IMG/VR virus record: IMGVR_UViG_3300049015_000016
Location: 1-60,801 of that record
Strand: one strand, 5' to 3'
DNA from: a virus
DNA length: 60,801 bases
In this document: one piece after another, positions 52,758 to 60,333 of the stretch
Position numbering within the stretch: position 1 is the first letter of the stretch
Layout: every line of letters starts with the position of its first letter
The notes under the pieces: model-generated
The model's input: only the letters and a program-made list of their open reading frames with translations
Database searches by the model: none
What the model was told of the DNA's origin: nothing
Made by a program: the position numbers and the translations under genes

Positions 52758-52965
52758 CCCGAAGGTGGCTACCGCCGTCGCAGCCGGAACAGCATCGCTC
52801 GGCGCCGCGGCAAACTTCGAATTCATCCAGGGCGCGCTGTCGATCGCGTCTATGACCGTCGGCATCGCCACCGCCGTCGTCGTCTTCGCCATCCAGGCCA
52901 TCAAGCTGCACCGCGTCTGGACCGCCTGGCGTGCCGACCGCCCCGAACCGGGAGACCTTCCATGA
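52711..52965 (+). CDS. Holin-like two-TM protein
   Basis: GTG after GGAAAGG. Two hydrophobic segments; position just before the endolysin. Confidence 0.6.
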   Translation: MNAENITEAAVNAASNPKVATAVAAGTASLGAAANFEFIQGALSIASMTVGIATAVVVFAIQAIKLHRVWTAWRADRPEPGDLP

Positions 52966-53195
52966 AACGCAAAAAGCGCCTCGTCGACGACTGGCAGCGC
53001 TGCTGGCGCTGGCTGTCCGTGCAGTGCATGACGGCCGCCCTGGCAGTACAGGGGGCCTGGATGTTCATCCCCGACGACATGAAGACGTCGATCCCACCGG
53101 AGATCGTGCGCGGCGCGACGATGGCGCTGCTGGCGCTGGGCATCGCCGGCCGGCTGAAGAACCAGACGAAGGGGGAAGACGATGAGCCAAAATGA
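52962..53195 (+). CDS. Holin-like membrane protein
   Basis: 77 aa, WRWLSVQCMTAALAVQGAWMFIP...ATMALLALGIAGRL. Overlaps the endolysin start. Confidence 0.6.
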   Translation: MKRKKRLVDDWQRCWRWLSVQCMTAALAVQGAWMFIPDDMKTSIPPEIVRGATMALLALGIAGRLKNQTKGEDDEPK

Positions 53196-53835
53196 TCTGA
53201 TCACCCCCGGCATCCTGCGCGAGATCATGCCGTCCGTCGGCGCCCGCGCTGATGTGCACGCCGGCCCGCTCAGCGCCGCCATGGTCGCCTACGGCGTGAC
53301 CAACCCGCTCAGCCAGGCCGCATTTATCGCCCAGGTGCTGCACGAAACCGGCGGCCTGCGCGCCTTCGTCGAAAGCCTGAACTACACGCCCGAGGCACTG
53401 CTGGTCACTTTCAATACCTCCAAGGCCACGCGCTTCACGATCGAGCAGGCGCGGCAATACGGCCGCACGGCCACTCACGCAGCGAACCAGGAGATGATCG
53501 GCAACCTGGCTTATGCAAACCGCATGGGCAACGGCGACGCGGCCAGCGGCGACGGCTTCCGCTTCCGGGGCCGCGGCGCGTTCCACGTGACTGGTCGCAC
53601 CAACTACACGGCCGCCGCGCGCGCGCTGGGCCTGGACCTGATCACGCACCCTGGCCAGCTTGAGCTGCCCGGCCCGGCCGCAATGTCCGCTGGCTGGTAC
53701 TGGCTGGCCAACGGCCTGAACGCCCTGGCGCAGAGCGACAACATCGTCGAGGTGAGTAAGCGCGTGAACGGCGGCGTCAACGGGCTGGCCGAACGCGTCG
53801 AGCTGTACCGGCGCGCGAAGAAGGCCCTGGCATGA
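53182..53835 (+). CDS. Endolysin, glycoside hydrolase family 19 (chitinase-like lysozyme)
   Basis: AAFIAQVLHETGGL...GDGFRFRGRGAFHVTGRTNY...AGWYW...VNGGVNG motifs. Confidence 0.9.
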   Translation: MSQNDLITPGILREIMPSVGARADVHAGPLSAAMVAYGVTNPLSQAAFIAQVLHETGGLRAFVESLNYTPEALLVTFNTSKATRFTIEQARQYGRTATHAANQEMIGNLAYANRMGNGDAASGDGFRFRGRGAFHVTGRTNYTAAARALGLDLITHPGQLELPGPAAMSAGWYWLANGLNALAQSDNIVEVSKRVNGGVNGLAERVELYRRAKKALA

Positions 53836-54269
53836 ACCCGCTGACCTTGAATCCGTGGGCGCTGCTGGGCGGCGCCGCCATTGCGGTGGCCATCGGCTTC
53901 TCCGGCGGCTGGGCCATCAATGGCTGGCGCCTGGAGGCGAACGTAGCCAAGCTGGAGCGCGACAATGCCAAGAACCTCGCCGACAGCGCGAACGCCGCCC
54001 TGGACCAGCTGGGCCAGCGCATGGGCAGCATGAACACGGCGGCCAGCAACGCGCAGATCAGCATTGCCACGCTGTCGACCACGATGGCGCAGATCATGAG
54101 GAACCAGAAAAATGTCCAGATTCAGCAGCCGCTTCCCGTGGATTGCATTCCTGATCGCCGCCGGCTTGACGGCCTGCGCGACGCCGTCAGCGCCGCCAAT
54201 GCAGCCATCACCGGTACCGCCGCTCGACCGGACGCTGGCCGAGCCGTGCAAGATCCCGCCCGCCCCTGA
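53832..54269 (+). CDS. i-spanin (Rz-like)
   Basis: N-terminal TM segment ALLGGAAIAVAIGFSGGWAI followed by coiled coil. Position after the endolysin. Confidence 0.75.
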   Translation: MNPLTLNPWALLGGAAIAVAIGFSGGWAINGWRLEANVAKLERDNAKNLADSANAALDQLGQRMGSMNTAASNAQISIATLSTTMAQIMRNQKNVQIQQPLPVDCIPDRRRLDGLRDAVSAANAAITGTAARPDAGRAVQDPARP

Positions 54270-54375
54270 GGTGCTGGACTTCGACGTCTGGCAGCTGTGG
54301 ATGATCGACGTGCTGGAAAAATTCGGGGAGTGTGGCGCACGCCACAAAGCGATCGTGGACGCCTGGCCGAAGTGA
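54112..54375 (+). CDS. o-spanin (Rz1-like lipoprotein), overlapping the i-spanin in another frame
   Basis: Lipobox LIAAGLTAC and a Pro-rich mature part. Confidence 0.8.
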   Translation: MSRFSSRFPWIAFLIAAGLTACATPSAPPMQPSPVPPLDRTLAEPCKIPPAPEVLDFDVWQLWMIDVLEKFGECGARHKAIVDAWPK

Positions 54376-54463
54376 TGTAAGATGCCACTTCTCCAAGCAG
54401 TTGATGTCGAACGCGAGTTTGGTTGACTCGACGGCCGGCTGTTCCACCGGCCACCTCCCTTGA

Positions 54464-54500
54464 CCCCAGCCTCTCCTCCCTGGAGGCTGGGGATTTTTTT
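54464..54500. terminator. Strong hairpin terminator shared by convergent units
   Basis: CCCCAGCCTC (54464-54473) pairs with GAGGCTGGGG (54483-54492), followed by 7 T. The minus-strand stop codon lies in the T run. Confidence 0.9.
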
Positions 54501-54867
54501 ATCGGGTGAGCCTCTCGTATTGCGCATTACTTTTGCGGCGCAGCGCCATAGTTTCACGACGAGTCCGCGTATGTCGCGGCGGCCCTGATTCCCATGTATC
54601 AAAATCCCATACGAGGATACGCCCCCGGTACCAGCCTTCCCGCTTGTTGCGACTGACCAGCTGCCGCTCATTCATCGGTCGGACGTTGGCGGTCTTGAAC
54701 CCCCACACCATCCCACCGCAGCTGTCGCAGATCGGGGCCGATCCAGGTTGTATCCGCCGGCCGTCCACGTGACGTGCGTTTGCACTTTGCGCCTGCGCGA
54801 AAGGCTTCGGCATTTGCACCAGCAAGAATGCTGACTTCCCGCAATCGGGGTGAATGTAGACAAGCAT
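54499..54867 (-). CDS. Hypothetical Cys-containing protein (122 aa)
   Basis: HPDCGKS...RHVDGRRIQPG...ICDSCGG. The start shares 1 nt with the upstream stop. Confidence 0.55.
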   Translation of the reverse strand: MLVYIHPDCGKSAFLLVQMPKPFAQAQSANARHVDGRRIQPGSAPICDSCGGMVWGFKTANVRPMNERQLVSRNKREGWYRGRILVWDFDTWESGPPRHTRTRRETMALRRKSNAQYERLTR

Positions 54868-55178
54868 CAGTGCATCCCCGTCTCGCGCGCCGGGCCACCG
54901 CAGCAGATGCAGCGGGCGACATTGAAGCGCACCAGCCTTGCCTTGTTGCTGGCGTCATTGCGCTCCATGATGGAAACACGCTGCGCAATCGTCACATCAT
55001 CGCCAAAGTGCACGCTGCGCAATCCAGCCGGGCCCGGGATGTCATCGAACCAGACCCCGCTACGCCGCTGCTCGCGCCACAACTTGACCGCCATCAATGC
55101 GCTCTCCACGTCCGAGATGTTTGTCTCGGTTACCGGCACGCTGCTGACGCCCGGGTTGATGCTCTCCGAAAATTCCAT
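54867..55178 (-). CDS. Hypothetical protein (103 aa) ending in CICCGG
   Basis: GGAG lies 5 nt upstream of the ATG at 55178. Confidence 0.55.
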   Translation of the reverse strand: MEFSESINPGVSSVPVTETNISDVESALMAVKLWREQRRSGVWFDDIPGPAGLRSVHFGDDVTIAQRVSIMERNDASNKARLVRFNVARCICCGGPARETGMH

Positions 55179-55190
55179 AATTTCTCCCTA

Positions 55191-55212
55191 GAAAAATATT
55201 TCCTATCGCCTA
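55191..55212 (+). promoter_or_regulatory. Conserved 22-nt element, copy 2
   Basis: GAAAAATATTTCCTATCGCCTA; lies 30 nt upstream of the ATG at 55242. Confidence 0.6.
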
Positions 55213-55241
55213 CACTGGTATCTCAACAGCGAGGAGGCGAC

Positions 55242-55379
55242 ATGTCCAGCACGACGAAACCCACGAAGCAGCAGCTGCGCGAGTACCTGTATGCACGCCA
55301 CCGGTCGCCGGAACCTCCGCCGACACCAGACCGCATCCGCGAGGAGTTGGGCTGGCGTCTAGTGCCGCGCGAGCGCTGA
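55242..55379 (+). CDS. Orphan 45-aa protein on the opposite strand to its neighbours
   Basis: GAGGAGG lies 5 nt upstream. MSSTTKPTKQQLREYLYARHRSPEPPPTPDRIREELGWRLVPRER. Confidence 0.4.
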   Translation: MSSTTKPTKQQLREYLYARHRSPEPPPTPDRIREELGWRLVPRER

Positions 55380-55775
55380 TCAGAACGATGGATCACGCGC
55401 CGCTTCTGCCTGCTCGTGCAGCTGCTGCTTCAACGCGTAACCCATCAGCGGCCACATCTTGCTGATGGCGTTCGCGCGCGCGATCTTCCGCCCCATTTCC
55501 GCGTCGAAGTTCTCCGGGCTGGCGCAGGCGCTCTCGCCGGTGACGGTGAAGCCGTTGCGCAGCTGGAGAATGCAGAACGTCAGCAGTTGAGTGCTGCCAA
55601 GAAGCCAGCCGCCCCGATCCTCGGCCCACTTGTGAATCGCGCGGTCCTGTTGGATCGCATCGCTGCCCATGAAGTAGTGCTCGCTGACGATGTTCGCCTT
55701 GATGTCCGCCGGCGTGACGCGCGGCGCCGTCAGACCCTTGGCTTGGATTTCCTGTTCGATCTGTTGGTCGTTCAT
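55380..55775 (-). CDS. Phage gp49/gp66-like protein
   Basis: TFCILQLRNGFTVTGESACASPENFDAEMGRKIARANAISKMWPLMGYAL. Start refined to MNDQQ at 55775 after GGGAG. Confidence 0.7.
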   Translation of the reverse strand: MNDQQIEQEIQAKGLTAPRVTPADIKANIVSEHYFMGSDAIQQDRAIHKWAEDRGGWLLGSTQLLTFCILQLRNGFTVTGESACASPENFDAEMGRKIARANAISKMWPLMGYALKQQLHEQAEAARDPSF

Positions 55776-55830
55776 GTTGCTCCCTGTGGTGTGTTGCCGC
55801 GCGAACCGGGGCGCGGCTTCCCGTAATGCG

Positions 55831-56031
55831 TCAGCGCGACGCGGTGCCGCCGGCTTCCGCCAGCAGCTTCGCAGCCGTGCGCAGTTCATCGACGATCGCC
55901 TGATGCTTCGCGATAAGTCGCTCGTCTTCGGCGATCCCGGCCTTGTGGTTGGCTATACTGTTGCGATACTTATGAACGTACATCTCGTGATCCTGCAAGC
56001 GCTCGATGAGCGTGCTTACTGCCTCTTCCAT
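55831..56031 (-). CDS. Small coiled-coil protein
   Basis: 66 aa, helical. Confidence 0.5.
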   Translation of the reverse strand: MEEAVSTLIERLQDHEMYVHKYRNSIANHKAGIAEDERLIAKHQAIVDELRTAAKLLAEAGGTASR

Positions 56032-56081
56032 GCTTCCCCCCCAATTGCTCGCCGCGCGGTGCCGGGCGCGGCTGCCGGCTG

Positions 56082-56300
56082 CTACATCTGGCCCGCGTCC
56101 TTGCGCAGCTTCGCCGCGCTAGTTTCGTGGTGCTCCACCAGCGCCTGCGCCTCCTGGATCTTTTGCTGGTCGTACTCGAGGCCAGCCGCTTGCGCGTGGC
56201 GCTGGTCGCGCTGGTACAGGCTGATTTTCTGGCGCAGCGCTTCCGCCTCTGCCTCGTGCACACCCGCCTGTTCGATCATGGATTCCTTCGTTTTTTTCAT
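56082..56300 (-). CDS. Small coiled-coil protein
   Basis: 72 aa, helical, with AGGAGAGG upstream. Confidence 0.5.
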   Translation of the reverse strand: MKKTKESMIEQAGVHEAEAEALRQKISLYQRDQRHAQAAGLEYDQQKIQEAQALVEHHETSAAKLRKDAGQM

Positions 56301-56343
56301 CGTCCTCTCCTATTGCGCCGCCAGCTCCGGGGCGGCGTTCCGG

Positions 56344-56700
56344 TTACTTCGGCCAGCCGCCCGTGCGCCAGACCTTCAGACCAGCAGCCTCGGCCCGACG
56401 GATCATGTCGGCCGTGCCGCGCCCGCCAGGGAAGGCGACGGCGCCGTCTGGCTTGCCCTCGTTGATCATGCGCTGGTTGCGCAGCGGGCCGGCGCGCTTG
56501 CCGAGCGCCTTCCAGTCCGCATCGAACGTCTTGAATTCGATGCAGCGGCGCTGCGCCCATTCCCGCGCCAGCTGGTCCGCGCCGGTCGCGCCGCCCTCAA
56601 TGATCAGCGTGATGCCGCGCCGCGCGTGCAACACGTCCAGCGCGTGGCGCACCGCCGACACGTTGCGGTAGTCGCGGCCGCCGCAGACCAGCACGCGCAT
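56344..56700 (-). CDS. DUF2493 / SLOG (YspA-like) protein
   Basis: MRVLVCGGRDY...IIEGGATGADQLAREWA...AFPGGRGTADM pattern. Confidence 0.75.
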   Translation of the reverse strand: MRVLVCGGRDYRNVSAVRHALDVLHARRGITLIIEGGATGADQLAREWAQRRCIEFKTFDADWKALGKRAGPLRNQRMINEGKPDGAVAFPGGRGTADMIRRAEAAGLKVWRTGGWPK

Positions 56701-57719
56701 CAGCCGCCCCGGCCTGTGTGCTTCATGACGAAGCCCAGGTAGTCGGACAGCCGGTTCGTTGCATCCTGCTGCGCCATGCGCCGGCCACTGTTCTCGTCGA
56801 CGTTCTCCAGGCTGGCCACGATCGACGTGCCGATCACGAGCGCGCCACTACGCAGCAGCAGGATGCAGAACGAGGCGCGGTCCAGCTCCGGATTGTCCTC
56901 GCCGCCCATCGCCAGCACGGCGTGGCGCGGGTTGATGTAGAAAACCTCCTGCACGTATTCGGACAGCAGCGCCGACGTGACGCGCGGGCCGTCGTTCGGC
57001 GCCAGCGCAGCGAGGCCCGGCGTGGTGGGTGGGGACTTCGGCGCCGGCATGTTATCGGGTGCGGCCTCGGCACCGCCACCTTGCAGGAACCGCTCGAAGC
57101 TGCGCGCCGCTTCCAGCACGTTTTCGGGCCCGTCTTTGCTGACGGCTTGCAGCGCCGCCATCAGCGCCTGGGAACGCACGCGCGCCGCGTCGTGGTCAAC
57201 CTCGGCCGGCGCGGACAGGCGATTCGGCAGCGGCAGCACCATGATGCTGGGCACGCCGTCGATCGCGTTCCACGCTTCGCCGCCGCCTGCATCTTCTGAG
57301 CGCAGCACCAGGTCGTAGTGCACGAAGTTGCCGATCAGGCGGGCGCGAAACACCTTCGCCAGCACGGTGTGTTCGTATTCGCGGAGCGTGCCCACCAGTT
57401 CGACGCGCGGCTGGAACAGCACCGTATCATCGACGGCGAAGCGCGATTCGAAGTCGGTGGCGTTGCGCTCGTATTTGGCCTCGAACACCTCGGCCGGATT
57501 CAGGTACGCGTAGCCATCCTGGCTCACGACCAGGTAGTCGCCGATCAGCGGGAAGTAGCGAGCCGTCATCTCCGGACCAGCTGTGAACGGGCTGCCGTCT
57601 TCCAGCGTGAGGTTCAGGGCGCCGCCGGGCGCGTTGCCTGGGATGGCGACGATCCGGCGCGCGAACACGCCGACGGGGCGCGCTCGATGGGTGATGGTGA
57701 TAGGTTTTTCGGTGCTCAC
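56700..57719 (-). CDS. Two-part protein with C-terminal gp49/gp66-like domain
   Basis: The C-terminus SFCILLLRSGALVIGTSIVASLENVDENSGRRMAQQDATNRLSDYLGFV parallels 55380..55775. Confidence 0.65.
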   Translation of the reverse strand: MSTEKPITITHRARPVGVFARRIVAIPGNAPGGALNLTLEDGSPFTAGPEMTARYFPLIGDYLVVSQDGYAYLNPAEVFEAKYERNATDFESRFAVDDTVLFQPRVELVGTLREYEHTVLAKVFRARLIGNFVHYDLVLRSEDAGGGEAWNAIDGVPSIMVLPLPNRLSAPAEVDHDAARVRSQALMAALQAVSKDGPENVLEAARSFERFLQGGGAEAAPDNMPAPKSPPTTPGLAALAPNDGPRVTSALLSEYVQEVFYINPRHAVLAMGGEDNPELDRASFCILLLRSGALVIGTSIVASLENVDENSGRRMAQQDATNRLSDYLGFVMKHTGRGG

Positions 57720-57774
57720 AATTTTCTCCAGTGGGGTAGTTGCCGCACGAACCGGGCACGGCGCCGGTCCTGCG

Positions 57775-58047
57775 TTATTTTGCCGCGCGCATCAGCGCCT
57801 CCATCATGCACGCGTAGGCGAAGGCATCGTCAGCAATCGGCACCGGACGCATCTGGTGTTCGCGCACAAACGTGCGCGAGTGGTCCGCCCACAGCACGAG
57901 GTACATGGTCCGCGCCGGCGAGCGGATGCCGTCGATGATAACCTCCTCGCGAATCACGTTCACGATCGTGCCGATCATGTCGGTGTGCCGGCCGCACAGC
58001 ACGCCGTAGCACTCGTCATCGACCTGCCACTTGACGGCCGGGATCAT
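57775..58047 (-). CDS. Hypothetical protein
   Basis: Start refined to MIPAVKW at 58047 (ATGA overlap). Confidence 0.55.
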   Translation of the reverse strand: MIPAVKWQVDDECYGVLCGRHTDMIGTIVNVIREEVIIDGIRSPARTMYLVLWADHSRTFVREHQMRPVPIADDAFAYACMMEALMRAAK

Positions 58048-58421
58048 GGTTTGCTCCGCACGGCTTCGAGGCAGGACATCGACAGCACGCTCTCGAGCCG
58101 CGTCAGCCATTTCAGCGCGGACTCGTGGTCACCCTTCTGCAGGTCGCTGCGCTGGCTCAGCACCAGCTCTTTGTTCAGGGCCTCGACGACGGACGGCCAC
58201 TCCTTCGGCGAGTGCATCGTTTCGCGCACGCGGCGCGCGATGTCGACCAGCCAGCGCAGGCGGTTCAGCTCCGCGGTAACGGCCTGCCAGTCTTCCGGCT
58301 CGGCGCCGAAGTGAGCGAAGCAGAACCAGTCGCTGGTGCCAGTAGTGGCTCGGCTCATGGTCCCGAGCATGTTGCACCCGAAAGCTCGGCAGTTCACGGT
58401 GCTGATGGCGTGCTCACTCAT
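58044..58421 (-). CDS. Hypothetical protein
   Basis: 125 aa; N-terminal CRAFGC...CFAHF Cys/His motif. Confidence 0.6.
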   Translation of the reverse strand: MSEHAISTVNCRAFGCNMLGTMSRATTGTSDWFCFAHFGAEPEDWQAVTAELNRLRWLVDIARRVRETMHSPKEWPSVVEALNKELVLSQRSDLQKGDHESALKWLTRLESVLSMSCLEAVRSKP

Positions 58422-59127
58422 AATCTTCCCCTTCAGGTTTCGGCATCGGCCGCGCAGCGATCAGCATCCTGATCTGCCGCAGCTGGGCGGCACCTTGTGG
58501 TGTCGGTGCGGCGAGCAATTCAGAGGCTGGCGCGGCGGACTTCGGCAGCAGACCCTGGCGCACGCCTTCGGCGACCACCTCCAGGCGTTCCTCGTGCGAT
58601 CCACCCGGCGACAGGAAGTGTTGCGGCGCCCGGCGCTCCAGCTTCTCCTGCTCAACCAGGCGATCGTAGCAGGAACGGAACGCCATGCGGGCAGCCACGT
58701 GGTCGCCGGCTTCGACCAGCGGCGCGGCGGCGGCGAGCGCGGCAGCGGTTACTTGATTCAGGATACACGGCGGCCACTCGCCGCTGCGGTAGTCGATCGC
58801 ACGGCGCCCTTCGTGATCCTTGAAACTGCGCGGCGCGTGCGGCTTCGGGATGCGCGCCCAGGCTTCGTCCGCACCGATCCACAATACCGGCATGCGGCGC
58901 TCGATCTGGAAAATGATGTCCGCCGGCTTCGGCGTGAACTTGCCGCGCTGTGGATCCTGGCGGTGCGCCTGCAGCGCCTGCTCGATGATTTCGATCGGGT
59001 ACTGCACCAGGTCGTCGAAGAATACTGCTTTCGCCGGGCCGCTGATGAACTTGCCTTCGCCGACACCGATCACGTCATACGTCAGGTCGATCACGGCGAA
59101 GAGGCGTTTTTTGTCTTCAGGTCGCAT
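58414..59127 (-). CDS. Replication-associated protein (putative)
   Basis: 237 aa, downstream of the organiser-like gene. The call rests on position only. Confidence 0.5.
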   Translation of the reverse strand: MRPEDKKRLFAVIDLTYDVIGVGEGKFISGPAKAVFFDDLVQYPIEIIEQALQAHRQDPQRGKFTPKPADIIFQIERRMPVLWIGADEAWARIPKPHAPRSFKDHEGRRAIDYRSGEWPPCILNQVTAAALAAAAPLVEAGDHVAARMAFRSCYDRLVEQEKLERRAPQHFLSPGGSHEERLEVVAEGVRQGLLPKSAAPASELLAAPTPQGAAQLRQIRMLIAARPMPKPEGEDYE

Positions 59128-59656
59128 CGATTGTCATCCCGTCGTCGAACAGTGGGCGGCCGTTCAAGATGCTCTCGGCCTCGGCGTTGGCTTGGGCGCG
59201 GCGCTCCTCCAGTGTTGGCCGTTCGCGGCGCTCCGATGGCCCGAGCCGGCGCGGCACCACGTTGCGTGGCACCGCATACTCGGCCGTGTAGAACTCTCCG
59301 GGGCCAAAAAAGGTCTGCGCCATCTTGACCTCGCAGCCAGTGGCCTTGCAGTAGGCGGCGTAGCGCATCGCGCCGGACAGCACCAGCTCCGGTGCGGCGC
59401 CCGCCTTGATCCTGGCCTGCCACTGCTTAAACGCCGCCGCCGGCGTGGAGCCATCGCGCCAGCGCGTGCCGGCGTTCTTCATGGCGTCGTACGCCTCCAG
59501 GAACTCCGGCGGGTATTCCTTCTTCCCCCGCTTCGTGGTGCCGGCCGCGCGCAGGCAGTCGTATTCCTGCAGCAGTTCGGCCAGGTCGAGGCGACTCACT
59601 GAGGCCGTGTCGCCAGCGCCGTCTGCCGCGGCGCGCAGTGCTTTGTAGTTGTCCAT
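59117..59656 (-). CDS. Replisome-organiser-like protein (putative)
   Basis: YPPEFLEAYDAMKNAGTRWRDGSTPAAAFKQWQARIKAG resembles the EF..W..YP...g...A...W pattern of phage replication proteins. ATG at 59656 after GGAG. Confidence 0.55.
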   Translation of the reverse strand: MDNYKALRAAADGAGDTASVSRLDLAELLQEYDCLRAAGTTKRGKKEYPPEFLEAYDAMKNAGTRWRDGSTPAAAFKQWQARIKAGAAPELVLSGAMRYAAYCKATGCEVKMAQTFFGPGEFYTAEYAVPRNVVPRRLGPSERRERPTLEERRAQANAEAESILNGRPLFDDGMTIDAT

Positions 59657-59677
59657 GTTGTTCTCCAATTTGATGCG

Positions 59678-59706
59678 AGTTTATTCAAGCCATTGAGATT
59701 TTGCAA
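59678..59706 (-). promoter_or_regulatory. Candidate internal promoter TTGCAA-N17-TAAACT
   Basis: Lies in the AT-rich 38-bp gap upstream of 59656. Confidence 0.4.
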
Positions 59707-60333
59707 TCATCCTTTTCCAGTAGTGTTGCAATTTCGCACTGGCCACCAGTCCAAAGAAGGCGCTTCGTCGGCAACGATCGGCCCCGTGACCTGCATGCTG
59801 TGGTGGCCGATGGCGCCGCTGCCGGGTATTGCCACGATCTCGACGCGCCGCGCCTGGCCGGATGCCAAGTCTTCTTCCAGCTCGGCCTGCGCAGAGCGTG
59901 GCGCCGCACGGCGATCCAGAAACCAATGCTTCCCCTCGCGGAACAGGCGCCCCTCTGCCAGTGCGTCGGACAGCACCTCGGACGCCAGCTCGTTCTGCTG
60001 CAGGCCCAGCGCGGAATGCATCTCCCACGACAGGCACGTGCCACCACGCGCGACCAGGAAGTTCAGCGCCTTATCCAGCGGCGTCTCGCCAGCGGCGGCG
60101 CGGCCCTGAAGGATTGCAGCCGCCTTGCGCCGCGCGCGCTGTCCGTCCTCGCTGCCGGCGAAGCCGCGGCTGAACGAGTACGCGCCGTCGGTCAGCACCA
60201 GGTCGCCGATGCCGCGCAGCGCCGCCAGGTGTTCGATGGCGTCGTTCACGTCGACGCGCATTGCCTCGGCGATCGCCTCCGCCGTCATCGGCCCGTTCAG
60301 GGCGATGCATTCGTAAATCGTCTGGTCATTCAT
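59707..60333 (-). CDS. Tandem winged-helix protein
   Basis: Two wHTH-like segments: IYECIALNGPMTAEAIAEAMRVDVNDAIEHLAALR, and LNFLVARGGTCLSWEMHSALGLQQNELASEVLSDAL. Confidence 0.6.
   Translation of the reverse strand: MNDQTIYECIALNGPMTAEAIAEAMRVDVNDAIEHLAALRGIGDLVLTDGAYSFSRGFAGSEDGQRARRKAAAILQGRAAAGETPLDKALNFLVARGGTCLSWEMHSALGLQQNELASEVLSDALAEGRLFREGKHWFLDRRAAPRSAQAELEEDLASGQARRVEIVAIPGSGAIGHHSMQVTGPIVADEAPSLDWWPVRNCNTTGKG

Noticed and set aside
54774-55241. 201-aa plus-strand ORF 54774..55379.
   Set aside because: Most of it is antisense to the two minus-strand genes and of poor composition. Only the last 45 codons, from the ATG at 55242 with GAGGAGG upstream, look like a gene.
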